DNA of 64,000 bases from a phage. A program made the position numbers and the translations under genes. The stretch's first letter is position 1. The number at the start of each line of letters is the position of its first letter. The notes beneath the pieces are model-generated. The model was not told the DNA's origin. It searched no databases and saw only the letters and a list, made by a program, of their open reading frames with translations. Location of the stretch: the sequence record PX393110.1. One strand, 5' to 3'. Of this stretch, positions 17,904 through 27,210 are shown in pieces.

Positions 17904-19541
17904 TTAGATGAGGGTCTGTAGGAACCACTCGGGCACTTGTCCCTTAAGGTTATCCAGCAGTCTCTGGAAGGATGGGTCCATCATGTAGGTTACTGCGAAA
18001 TCGTCATGGCTACGTACAGCACGACCACTACCCTGGATGATGGCTATCATAGGCTGGATATTATACCACTCCGGATCACGCACTTTCTTGCGCTCTACCC
18101 AGAGATCACCCAGGTTAGGATAGGAGATCTTGAAGAATACCTGGAATCTGGCAAGATCGCCATGTAAGTCCACGCCCTCCAGAATAGACGGAGACACGAT
18201 AATGCGACCAGGAGTCATCAGCTTAGTGATGTCTCGCACTTCCCTAGAGGTGGGAATGTACATACGGTCGGCATACTTACTTAACTTCTTGATCTCCTCA
18301 GCATTAGCATACGATGCAGAGTGAACCAGTCCGCAAGCAGTGTCATCTCCCAGTCCCTCCAGGAAGTTATCCAGAGCTTCTACATATTCCGGGAACACAT
18401 CCGCCTTAGTCTTGAAGTTCATGCTAGGAAGAGAACGTTCCACAATAAACGGACGATTCTCCAGAGGCCATGCATAATCAGTAGTGATTACTTCCGTATC
18501 ATCCATGCTCAGTTTCAGATCATAGATAAGATTAAACGGAGTAGCAGTCATCAGCAGACGATACTCTGGATGCATAATCAAGCTAGCTGAAGAGTCCAGT
18601 ACTTCCAGTGGCTTGAACTTAAACATCAGATCTCGCTCACCAGTATCTTCGTACAGTACCCACTGATCTGGATCCGTAGCGATGATTGTATTAATCCCGG
18701 ACACGGTCTCTGAAGCCAGGCTAGCTCGAGATTCCAGAGGTCCCAGTTTACTCGCGATCAGCGACTCTACCTGAGCCTTGTTACCGATAGCATCGAACTT
18801 CTCGATAGCCTTCTCCAGATCACGAATCTGAGCGTATAGAACAGATTTAGCCTGGGTAAGATATGGTAGCAGGTCGAAGATGTAGTTGATCTTGAAGTGC
18901 TTAGTCCTCTGAATCTCAGCAACCGGAATGTAATCCCCCATGTCGAATTCTGGAGTTAGGTCCATAAGACGACTGATGTTGATAGTAACTTCGGAGCGAT
19001 CAATAAGAGATCCTGGCAGAGTATGGGCTTCGTCCGCCACCAGCAGTCCTTCTGCAGTGTACTTACCATCCGCAGTAAAGAAGAATGCATAGTTAAGGTT
19101 CTTAAGTGGTGAATCTTTCCACGCATTACGAGCTGCCGCATACTCACAGCACCCGTCCGTCTTACGATAGCGACAGGTAGGGTGATGTTTCTTCTTCGGA
19201 GGAATGGGCAGAGTCAGGTCTGTGTGGCAGCTATAGTTCGTAGCACCCATCAACTGCTTCATATCCTTAAAGTCGCGAAGATACTGCTGCTGGAGAGCAA
19301 TCGTCTTGGTAATGAATAGAGAATCGGTCTCGAACAGCTGATTAATTACTTCGGCTACGATTCGAGAGATCCACGATTTACCAGCACCGGTAGGAGCATT
19401 CAGCAGCACCGTCTTCTTATTCTTATTAATGAACGCATCCAGAATCTTGATGATAGTTTCGCGCTGATTAGCTCGATAGCTAAAGTCCGGGAACGTCTCC
19501 TCCACTACGCTATCGAGGATTCCTTCGACATCATATTGCAT
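17904..19541 (-). CDS. DEAH-type helicase (SF2-like)
   Basis: Walker A LLNAPTGAGKSWIS; DEAH box LLVADEAHTL. Confidence 0.6.
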   Translation of the reverse strand: MQYDVEGILDSVVEETFPDFSYRANQRETIIKILDAFINKNKKTVLLNAPTGAGKSWISRIVAEVINQLFETDSLFITKTIALQQQYLRDFKDMKQLMGATNYSCHTDLTLPIPPKKKHHPTCRYRKTDGCCEYAAARNAWKDSPLKNLNYAFFFTADGKYTAEGLLVADEAHTLPGSLIDRSEVTINISRLMDLTPEFDMGDYIPVAEIQRTKHFKINYIFDLLPYLTQAKSVLYAQIRDLEKAIEKFDAIGNKAQVESLIASKLGPLESRASLASETVSGINTIIATDPDQWVLYEDTGERDLMFKFKPLEVLDSSASLIMHPEYRLLMTATPFNLIYDLKLSMDDTEVITTDYAWPLENRPFIVERSLPSMNFKTKADVFPEYVEALDNFLEGLGDDTACGLVHSASYANAEEIKKLSKYADRMYIPTSREVRDITKLMTPGRIIVSPSILEGVDLHGDLARFQVFFKISYPNLGDLWVERKKVRDPEWYNIQPMIAIIQGSGRAVRSHDDFAVTYMMDPSFQRLLDNLKGQVPEWFLQTLI

Positions 19542-20497
19542 ATTAAGTTCTCTCTTCTGTCTAATACGGACTGGATGAACTCATCAGTACCATTCTGCAG
19601 TTTCCGTATTAGTAATTCCTCAGGATCCTCACCATCGCTGTAGACTACTCGCAGTTGACGAATACTCTTCACCTTCTGTCTTACGCTATTGCGCAGTTCA
19701 AAAGATAAATCCGTACTGTCAAGAAATATCTGACCTTCTTCCGGGAAGAACTGACTCATCATCCTGGCCTGGGTATCGGTGAGGAAAGATCCCTGGACAG
19801 CTAATGGGTTATCGTAGCCTAACAGCAACATTGCGAAAGCATCAAACATACCCTCGCATAAGCTGAACTTAGTCATACCTCCGTATAGACTAGTCTTCAG
19901 AGCACGATTCGGACTATAGATATACTTATCCCCAGGAGGAATATGGTATTTCCTTTTACCTATCGGCTCGTACAGACGCATCGTATAAGATATGATCTTA
20001 CCCTTAAAATACATCGGAGCTGCCACACCTACTCCCTTAAGTTCGCGGATCTGGAAATAATCTTCCATACCCTGTAGGAGCGGGTTGCGGTTAGCCAAAT
20101 ACTCTTTACAGAAATCAGAAGGAGGATCAAACATCCTCTCATACTGAATCTCTGGCACCGAAGATAAACTCCGGACTACCTGCTTATCAGAATGAGCTAT
20201 CCACCCACGGATAGTTAGCTCTAATTCTAACTCTTCCTTACTCTTATTCGAGAAAGGTATGAACTTACAATGGCAACGATGGCATATTCCAGTCTGCTTA
20301 TTGTAGTTCCAGTAAAATGTCCACTTAGAGTTCGGTTCCCCCATAAGTTCACAGGTGGGACACAGTCGGAGCTCCTCCCCCTTATGTTCGTTAGCTATCT
20401 GGACATTACCAGGATACTTATCTGCTTCGAACATGTAAACTCTGGGAGTAACCCTAACCAAGTATTCATTTATACGAGTTAGAGACTCAATTTCCAT
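19505..20497 (-). CDS. DNA primase (zinc-ribbon plus TOPRIM)
   Basis: CPTCE...CHRCHC zinc ribbon; TOPRIM-like LCEGMFDAF. Confidence 0.6.
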   Translation of the reverse strand: MEIESLTRINEYLVRVTPRVYMFEADKYPGNVQIANEHKGEELRLCPTCELMGEPNSKWTFYWNYNKQTGICHRCHCKFIPFSNKSKEELELELTIRGWIAHSDKQVVRSLSSVPEIQYERMFDPPSDFCKEYLANRNPLLQGMEDYFQIRELKGVGVAAPMYFKGKIISYTMRLYEPIGKRKYHIPPGDKYIYSPNRALKTSLYGGMTKFSLCEGMFDAFAMLLLGYDNPLAVQGSFLTDTQARMMSQFFPEEGQIFLDSTDLSFELRNSVRQKVKSIRQLRVVYSDGEDPEELLIRKLQNGTDEFIQSVLDRRENLICNMMSKESSIA

Positions 20498-20813
20498 AGA
20501 CTAAACTCTGACCCGCATGGATGCGTACTGCATGGTTCTTGTTAGAGTTAGTCAGACGAATCCACTTACCTTCGTCTGTAGAGAATACCTGAGCAGTTAA
20601 GCCCAGGTAAGATACAGAAAGATTAGAGATAGAGTCGACAGTTACCGTACTATCTACCGGAAACTCTACCGATGAGCCAGCTCCAACAATGTAGCCACTC
20701 TTACGCAGCTTCATTGGAGCAATACGACTACTGTGCTGATCGTCAGCACCAATTGTCCGAGCGAACGAGCTCTCAACGTAAACAGTTTCAGGAATATTAA
20801 TCTGCATTGCCAA
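20487..20813 (-). CDS. hypothetical protein
   Basis: 108 aa ORF. Confidence 0.3.
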   Translation of the reverse strand: MAMQINIPETVYVESSFARTIGADDQHSSRIAPMKLRKSGYIVGAGSSVEFPVDSTVTVDSISNLSVSYLGLTAQVFSTDEGKWIRLTNSNKNHAVRIHAGQSLVYGN

Positions 20814-21396
20814 TAGTCTCTTTAACCAGGTGCTCTATTGAACTACCATGTGCCATATGGAGAAGAGACTGGAGAGTACCCATCCATACATCATCACTCA
20901 CTTCGTCTTTGTACTTATTGAAGCAGGTACTGAAGATGTTGCGGCAGTTCTCCAGCTCGCTTTCGCCAAAGAAGATGTTACCCATGCTGAACTCAGTCAT
21001 GATCTCACGAGATACCGCAATAGCATCTGCAACTTTACAGATGAACTTAGCTTCGGCAGATGCAGGAGTGCGGAAAGTAGGAAGTACCTCTTCCCAGATT
21101 TCCTGCTCAACTTTATTCAGAGTCTCTTTTAACTCTGGGAAGCGAGCCTTAGCAGTGTAGGGGACATCACCTGTAAAGATCTCTGGAATGTCGTGAACCA
21201 ACGAGTACTGATTTACTTCCAGACCCTGCTCAGCAGTTAAAAATCCATCCATCACCAGTTTCTGAACAATCAGAGTAGAGTAGTAAGTAACTTCGAAGCT
21301 ATGCTCCGAGATAGTAGAGCGATGAGACAGTACTTGCTTACCTGCGAAACGATTCACGTTATTGGTACACACTGGTACCTTAAAAAGATCTTTCAT
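20797..21396 (-). CDS. HD-domain phosphohydrolase, YfbR-like 5'-deoxynucleotidase (putative)
   Basis: H...HD...D pattern: EHSFEVTYYS ... LVHDIPEIFTGDVP. Confidence 0.55.
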   Translation of the reverse strand: MKDLFKVPVCTNNVNRFAGKQVLSHRSTISEHSFEVTYYSTLIVQKLVMDGFLTAEQGLEVNQYSLVHDIPEIFTGDVPYTAKARFPELKETLNKVEQEIWEEVLPTFRTPASAEAKFICKVADAIAVSREIMTEFSMGNIFFGESELENCRNIFSTCFNKYKDEVSDDVWMGTLQSLLHMAHGSSIEHLVKETIGNAD

Positions 21397-21448
21397 GTAA
21401 TTTCTCCTAAGTTACAAAAATAAAGGTATGGAAGTTGCCTCCCACACC

Positions 21449-21479
21449 TTAACAGCCTTTCGAGCCCTAAAAAGAGCGG
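21449..21479 (-). promoter_or_regulatory. class-1 conserved motif, copy 3
   Basis: TTAACAGCCTTTCGAGCCCTAAAAAGAGCGG. Confidence 0.45.
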
Positions 21480-22553
21480 TTATTCCAGAATAAACGGAGA
21501 CTTATCCCCGAGGCGGTTCGCGACCCATTTCACGAATGGTGAATTAACCAGATGCTCGCACTGGATAGACATGTGAGCTCCAGTAGTCTTACATAGATAA
21601 TGAGCGCCTGCTAACCACATCATCACATCCAGAGTTGATCCTGGTTGGAACTCTCGACCAACATCTTCCATTACGTATTCTAGAATACTGTGATCGCTAT
21701 TATAACGAGAAGCAGCATCTTCAAGAGTAGCGATGTAATGCTGGAAGTAGGTACGGATCTTATACCAGGAATTAAGTGATCCGAGATCAATCGTAGTTAC
21801 CGGAGCTTCATTAATGTCGTCAACATAAGCTCGGATATTACTTACCTGCTTCTTGATGTTCGACACTTCCGGATACCAGTGGAGATCATCCGTCATCACC
21901 ACATAGTTGCCCATATCTACTTTGAGCATAGTTGCGATGATTTCCTGGATGATCGTGAACTCCACCAGATTAACGTTAGTCAATCCCCAGATTAGATCAT
22001 TACTACGGTTGAATACCGTGCAGTCCAGACCACCATTACGGTACTTAAACGATAGAGCAATGTTGCAGATCATATCTGCGGTATTGATGCTGCCAATGCT
22101 GTTTACCAGACCTACATCAGAATCACGGCTGGGATCGTGAATAGTAGCCACGCACTTACGGTTACCCAGGTCAGAACGGAGGCGGTCTGTTACAGTCTGG
22201 AGTTGATCGTAGTTATACAGACGCTCACCGTAAGCACCACGCCAGGTAACCATATCATCGCTAAACATCTTAGCGCGAGGAACCATAATCGACATCCAGT
22301 TATCGATTGCATAGCCACCAGACAGTACCCACAATACTTCCCCCATAATTCCGAGGATATTGTCTTTACGTTCTGGATGAGCCATCCAACGATTAATCGG
22401 ATTACTTAACTCAACTACAGCATGACCGATGGATACTACCGCCGAAGAGTTAACAGAAGTTCTGGACTTCTGCAACTCACCAGCCTTATCCATAGTATTG
22501 ATGCTGTTAACCAGGATTTCAGTATTACTGTTACCGCGAATTACCGAGATCAT
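21480..22553 (-). CDS. thymidylate synthase-family enzyme (ThyA homolog; possible pyrimidine C5 hydroxymethyltransferase)
   Basis: ILGIMGEVLWVLSGG (cf. ELLWFLxGxTN), WRGAYGERLY (cf. PVYGxQWR), ADMICNIALSFKY (catalytic Cys region, cf. ALPPCH..QFYV), LDCTVFNRSNDLIWGLTNVNLVEF (cf. LSCQLYQRSxDxxLGxPFNIASYALL). Confidence 0.6.
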   Translation of the reverse strand: MISVIRGNSNTEILVNSINTMDKAGELQKSRTSVNSSAVVSIGHAVVELSNPINRWMAHPERKDNILGIMGEVLWVLSGGYAIDNWMSIMVPRAKMFSDDMVTWRGAYGERLYNYDQLQTVTDRLRSDLGNRKCVATIHDPSRDSDVGLVNSIGSINTADMICNIALSFKYRNGGLDCTVFNRSNDLIWGLTNVNLVEFTIIQEIIATMLKVDMGNYVVMTDDLHWYPEVSNIKKQVSNIRAYVDDINEAPVTTIDLGSLNSWYKIRTYFQHYIATLEDAASRYNSDHSILEYVMEDVGREFQPGSTLDVMMWLAGAHYLCKTTGAHMSIQCEHLVNSPFVKWVANRLGDKSPFILE

Positions 22554-23272
22554 TTAGAGTCCTTACGCACTGAATCAATAGACTTAACTGCAGAGGACAG
22601 TAACTCCAGACGGGCCTCCTGAGGGATCATACCAGATGGCTCGTTCAGGATCATAATACCTTTACCAGTATTAGTAAAACGAGCTGTGATTGATCCAGGA
22701 TACACCGGATGATTCAGAGTTACAGAATTACACAACGCAGCACCGAATCGCTCCTCGTAGGCACGCATAGTTACCTTAAGGAGAGTAGAACTGACTGCTA
22801 CAGAGTATTCAGGATCAACAACACGGAAGTTATTGTCCTCAATACTCTTATCCTTCGTATTGAAGAACAGAGTCATGTTATAATAATCAATAGACTCGTT
22901 ACTGAGACGTAATGCCTCATCACGAGCTTCCTGGCTGGCAAACATACTGTTATGCAGCAGGAAGTAAACGTACGAATCGAATACCGCACGATCACTGACG
23001 ATCAACTCGCCACGATTGTAGGCATCCTTGAACATCTGAGTTCGCTGACGAATAAGACGCAGCTGGAACTCTACCGCTTCCATAGGATCTTCTACAGCTA
23101 AGCGCAGAATATCCATATGGGATGTTACTCCCAGAGGAAGATGGTCACGAGTCTGTACTGCACGGAAGGTACATTCGGTTGATTCTTCCCAACCTTTAGC
23201 CAGGGTAGATTTACCGGTACCCTGCGCACCAGACATAATTACACTGTAGCCTGGGATACTATAGTCTCTCAT
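22550..23272 (-). CDS. P-loop nucleotide/nucleoside kinase
   Basis: Walker A MSGAQGTGKSTLA; start refined to MRDYS (ATG at 23272) with GGAGAGAA upstream. Confidence 0.55.
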   Translation of the reverse strand: MRDYSIPGYSVIMSGAQGTGKSTLAKGWEESTECTFRAVQTRDHLPLGVTSHMDILRLAVEDPMEAVEFQLRLIRQRTQMFKDAYNRGELIVSDRAVFDSYVYFLLHNSMFASQEARDEALRLSNESIDYYNMTLFFNTKDKSIEDNNFRVVDPEYSVAVSSTLLKVTMRAYEERFGAALCNSVTLNHPVYPGSITARFTNTGKGIMILNEPSGMIPQEARLELLSSAVKSIDSVRKDSK

Positions 23273-23304
23273 TATTCTCTCCAATTAAGAATCTTTCCCA
23301 CATT

Positions 23305-23335
23305 TTAACAGCCTTTCAAGACCCTAAAAGAGCGG
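23305..23335 (-). promoter_or_regulatory. class-1 conserved motif, copy 4
   Basis: TTAACAGCCTTTCAAGACCCTAAAAGAGCGG. Confidence 0.45.
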
Positions 23336-23361
23336 ACTAAAAAGGCTGGTGTAAATGTGAA

Positions 23362-24333
23362 CTAGCTAAACTTATACCAGCGAGGTCTCATACGGATCTC
23401 GTGATTCAGTTTATGTAGTTTCGAGAATTCGCAGAATGAGTTGGTGAACATCTGGCGAGTATAGAATCGCTCATCCTCTGGCATGAAGTGGAACCATTTC
23501 TCCGGTTCCCATGAATACCCGAAATGTGCACATATCTCTTTGATGTTCTGATACCACCATTCCACGAATACCTGATAACCACAGGGAGGATTCTGGTCAT
23601 TAATCATGTACCATACCCCATCCTGAGTCCCAGGTCCACATACGATAGCGTCATTATCTGTATACGCAGTCTCTTTAGAGTAGGACATAGTTGCCCAGCA
23701 TTGATATGCCATGAACGGACCTAATCCAGATACCTGTAACAGATGCTCGATAGCCTCGGTAGCGAACGGAGACTTCCATGCCCATAAGATAGGATCACTG
23801 TAGGTCTTCACCAGATAGGCTCTGGCAGCTACACTGTACTTAATATCCTCTGGACATACTTCATTAGCCATCTTAACTGCTGTGCTAAGGAAGTAGGCAT
23901 TTGATTGCTGTGGAGCGGTGAACGGAGGACCATCCTCATAACGACGTAGCTCTTCGCGACCCATGTTATGTATGTCGTCATAGCTCATCTCATAAAGAGG
24001 AAGGACTCTGCGGAAGCGATCCATATATGAATCACCACGGTTTATCATCTGGAAGAGTACTACATTAAGTGCTTTACTCTCCCAGCTTAAAGAATCGTTC
24101 TCCAGAATGTTCTTAATAGCCCACACTGTTTCACGATCGTGCTTACGGAACACGTTAGTGAATTTGAACTTACTAATCCACTTATGTTCCGTCCACGGAG
24201 GAGGCAGCTTAAGCACCTCCTTCTTATAATAAACCTCTGTACGTTCACGGTTATACTCCACATACTCCCGTAACTCCTCAGGATTTATCATCCCAAGGAG
24301 TCCTTCGTAATGCAGACCTAACGGTGTTGACAT
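23362..24333 (-). CDS. hypothetical protein (323 aa), translationally coupled to upstream GT
   Basis: start ATG overlaps upstream stop (TAATG at 24331-24335); Trp/aromatic-rich, no recognisable motif. Confidence 0.45.
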   Translation of the reverse strand: MSTPLGLHYEGLLGMINPEELREYVEYNRERTEVYYKKEVLKLPPPWTEHKWISKFKFTNVFRKHDRETVWAIKNILENDSLSWESKALNVVLFQMINRGDSYMDRFRRVLPLYEMSYDDIHNMGREELRRYEDGPPFTAPQQSNAYFLSTAVKMANEVCPEDIKYSVAARAYLVKTYSDPILWAWKSPFATEAIEHLLQVSGLGPFMAYQCWATMSYSKETAYTDNDAIVCGPGTQDGVWYMINDQNPPCGYQVFVEWWYQNIKEICAHFGYSWEPEKWFHFMPEDERFYTRQMFTNSFCEFSKLHKLNHEIRMRPRWYKFS

Positions 24334-25412
24334 TAAAGAATACCTTCTTTGGTAAAGTAGTCGATTACTTCATCCTGAAGTTCTTGTGCGTAATCCTTGC
24401 GCAGATACAGATTCTCATACTGATGTTTCAGCAGAGCATCACGATCTTTCAGTTTCTCTGCAATCTCCGCATTACTGGAGACGATCAGAGGAGCCAGCAG
24501 CTCTTCGGGGACGCCGCTCCGGATTATTGTTCCGGCAGCATCTTTATCCACCAACATCAGAGTACCAGAGCTCAGGTATTCATAATAACGGTTAGGTGGG
24601 CTGGTATAGAACGAGTTACTAGAGTTCCAGTCTTCAATAAGCAGTACCGCTGCGTATTTAGCCACTTCATCCAGCATCTCTGACAGCTTAAACTTAGGCA
24701 GCCAGTTAATAGGAGCAGCAGGCCCCAGCCACTTACGTTCTTTAGGATCCAGCTCTTCCCAGTTTTCCTGCTCGTAGCCGTCAAATCCAGCAAGACCACC
24801 AGTATGTTTAGCGATAGACATCTGAGCTTTGTAGCTAGGCACCGACATAAACAGTTCCAGACCATCCTGCTGGGAGAAGTACTGAGTGAACTTATGGAAG
24901 CGACCTTCACGAGCAGCACCGTAATACAGCAGGCTATTGTCTGGTTTATCAGATGAGCCGTAGCGAGGCTTACGACCAGGAACGTAGGTAAGACGGTTCC
25001 AGTTAATGTGGTGATAGTTCTCTTCGCTAGGGGAGTACTGATTACCCCAGGAAGTACGCTCGAATGCTGCTACTACTTTAAATGTCGTAGCTGCTGTGAT
25101 GTGTCGCCACTGCGGACCCTGGATACGCATACGTGATGAATAATCTTGACCAATCCAGTAAAACTTAGCTCCGAGGTCCGCCTGGTCTACCCAGAATTTA
25201 TACATCTCATCGCGGAACTTACAGAAGGTAGGAACACCATTGACGGCGATGATCACGTCATATTTGGTGCCATCTTCCATAGCCTTAACAAACTTAGGAG
25301 TATCATCCAGCAAGTCCGCCTGAAGTCCGTAGGCTAACCAGGATGCCAGAGTGTTACTGGCGATGATGGATTTATCGCTGCATGGCGAAAAGTTAGTTAC
25401 TGCAATTTTCAT
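24333..25412 (-). CDS. GT-B fold glycosyltransferase, phage DNA beta-glucosyltransferase-like (putative)
   Basis: MKIAVTNF... N-terminus, LLYYGAAREGRFHKFTQYFSQQDG and NRYYEYLSSGTLMLVD segments resemble T4 beta-glucosyltransferase as recalled from memory; not searched. Confidence 0.4.
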   Translation of the reverse strand: MKIAVTNFSPCSDKSIIASNTLASWLAYGLQADLLDDTPKFVKAMEDGTKYDVIIAVNGVPTFCKFRDEMYKFWVDQADLGAKFYWIGQDYSSRMRIQGPQWRHITAATTFKVVAAFERTSWGNQYSPSEENYHHINWNRLTYVPGRKPRYGSSDKPDNSLLYYGAAREGRFHKFTQYFSQQDGLELFMSVPSYKAQMSIAKHTGGLAGFDGYEQENWEELDPKERKWLGPAAPINWLPKFKLSEMLDEVAKYAAVLLIEDWNSSNSFYTSPPNRYYEYLSSGTLMLVDKDAAGTIIRSGVPEELLAPLIVSSNAEIAEKLKDRDALLKHQYENLYLRKDYAQELQDEVIDYFTKEGIL

Positions 25413-25440
25413 ATTTAATTTCTCCGTAGGCTGTCACAAT

Positions 25441-25470
25441 GTAACAGCCTTTTAGCTCATCAAAGAAGCG
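25441..25470 (-). promoter_or_regulatory. class-1 conserved motif, copy 5 (variant)
   Basis: GTAACAGCCTTTTAGCTCATCAAAGAAGCG. Confidence 0.35.
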
Positions 25471-26494
25471 AATTAGCTGATGCCCAACTCAGCCACTTAT
25501 CATTGAGATCAGTTAAGTAGGAATAGTCTTTGTTTAATCCGAATACCGTACGGTTAGTTCCATCGAACTTCATTACCCCAGCACCAGGAGCTCGGATAAT
25601 TGCATCTTCGGTAGCCGTACAATACTCTTTCAAGTATTCCTGGATGTTGGGACGAATACGACGGAACGAGCTATCTGCAGAGTCATAGTGGAACATATCT
25701 GCACAATGCCACTGTACGTAGGACTTATCTGGACGGCTAAGCAGCTCATTACGAGTTACCATATCTTTCGGAGAGTAGCCTAGCTTAGCTACGGTGACTT
25801 CGTGAATACCACCGCCATTAGAAGAGGTGTCCATTAACCAGTTCTCATCCCAGTAGAACGAGCTACCAGTACCGGTTACCTGGCCCACTTTCCATCCCAT
25901 CGCCATACCTTTAAACAACAGGTAGCAATCCTCACCTACAGTGAGTTGCTGGAAGGTCTTATCGAACAGCCAGAACATCTTCTCGCTAGTCTTGACCATA
26001 ATACCCAGGTCAGTAGCCGGAGCAGTGTTATTATGGGACTGACGATCGCAGAGTTCAACAATCTTGTAGTTACGGTTCTTGAAGCTACGGACGAACGCCA
26101 TCTCAAACTCAGATCCCTCGAAGTCGATAATGGACCGATCCAGATGGAAGATATCGTCGGCGAACCAGACATCATCATCCACGAAGTAGCAGATGTCTGG
26201 GCACCAGTCCTGCTTCTCCATTACAATCCATGCTTTATCCAGAGCATGGGCACGGATTTCTCCGATTACCGGATTTTCGTACTTAGGGCTATGACAGAAA
26301 TTAAATTGCTCATCCCCACCAAACTGCTCTTCCAGAATTGCCTTATCTTCTTCGGAGGCATCCTGAATAAAGTAGAAGAAGCGATACTCAATAGAGTCGT
26401 CAGTCTTTTTAGCATCTTTGAACGACTGAATCTGACGGAGTACCGACTTCAGACGATGATAGGTTGGGATGATAAAAGCTACTTTGGTGGTCAT
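25460..26494 (-). CDS. family-2-like (GT-A fold) glycosyltransferase
   Basis: VAFIIPTYHR N-terminus and DxD motif YFVDDDVWF. Confidence 0.5.
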   Translation of the reverse strand: MTTKVAFIIPTYHRLKSVLRQIQSFKDAKKTDDSIEYRFFYFIQDASEEDKAILEEQFGGDEQFNFCHSPKYENPVIGEIRAHALDKAWIVMEKQDWCPDICYFVDDDVWFADDIFHLDRSIIDFEGSEFEMAFVRSFKNRNYKIVELCDRQSHNNTAPATDLGIMVKTSEKMFWLFDKTFQQLTVGEDCYLLFKGMAMGWKVGQVTGTGSSFYWDENWLMDTSSNGGGIHEVTVAKLGYSPKDMVTRNELLSRPDKSYVQWHCADMFHYDSADSSFRRIRPNIQEYLKEYCTATEDAIIRAPGAGVMKFDGTNRTVFGLNKDYSYLTDLNDKWLSWASANSLL

Positions 26495-26500
26495 AATTAT

Positions 26501-27112
26501 TTATCCAATTTGACGAACTAAGCGAAACCCTTCGGCGTACGGCCACTGGGCGGAATATCCACGTAAGGTGGCTAGGGCTAAGATACTCTGGGTATCTCGG
26601 TCTGACTTAATCTGGGAGTCGAATCGTCCCATAGCCTGGCACTTACACTCAATATCGTCCTTATTCAGACGCTCGAAGTAATTAGGTTCCATCTGACCGA
26701 ACTGGGTCAGGGACTCGGCATACTCATATTCCAGGATAAGCCAGTTATACGCTCGGAGAGCTACACGAGCAGCATGATTAACTAGTTGATGGTCCTGGTG
26801 TAGGCTACTGAACGGAATATAGACTACATCCGGCCTGATTTTAGCAACATAGTCCGCAATATCCTTAGCCAATTGCGGAATATCCTTCTGAGTCATACCA
26901 TCGCCTGTGGAGGCATCGTTACGCTCCAGGCAATGTACTTCTTTGATATTCGGATAGACACCGAATGCTGCTTCGGCTTCGCCACGACGGGTCTCGTCCG
27001 GAGCAGTTACTTCGAGGATGAAGAATTGGTCATCGCGGAATTTGCTCATAATACCTCCGCAACCCAGAATCTCATCATCGTGATGTGGGCTGATAATCAG
27101 TCGTGACTTCAT
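26501..27112 (-). CDS. PIG-L/LmbE-family N-acetylglucosaminyl deacetylase
   Basis: LIISPHHDDEILGCGG (family hallmark AHPDDE) and second His-rich motif SSLHQDHQLVNH. Confidence 0.6.
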   Translation of the reverse strand: MKSRLIISPHHDDEILGCGGIMSKFRDDQFFILEVTAPDETRRGEAEAAFGVYPNIKEVHCLERNDASTGDGMTQKDIPQLAKDIADYVAKIRPDVVYIPFSSLHQDHQLVNHAARVALRAYNWLILEYEYAESLTQFGQMEPNYFERLNKDDIECKCQAMGRFDSQIKSDRDTQSILALATLRGYSAQWPYAEGFRLVRQIG

Positions 27113-27127
27113 TATTAATCCTCGCTA

Positions 27128-27163
27128 CACAAAAATGGGGTTAGGCCGTAGAGACCTAACCCC
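27128..27163 (-). terminator. intrinsic terminator-like hairpin
   Basis: minus-strand RNA: GGGGUUAGG-loop-CCUAACCCC followed by AUUUUUGUG; sits between class-1 copy 6 and the LmbE start. Confidence 0.45.
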
Positions 27164-27179
27164 GTACGCCTCTGACACC

Positions 27180-27210
27180 TTAACAGCCTTTTAGGTCATC
27201 AAACAGGCGG
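27180..27210 (-). promoter_or_regulatory. class-1 conserved motif, copy 6
   Basis: TTAACAGCCTTTTAGGTCATCAAACAGGCGG; overlaps the 3' end of the transporter gene. Confidence 0.4.
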
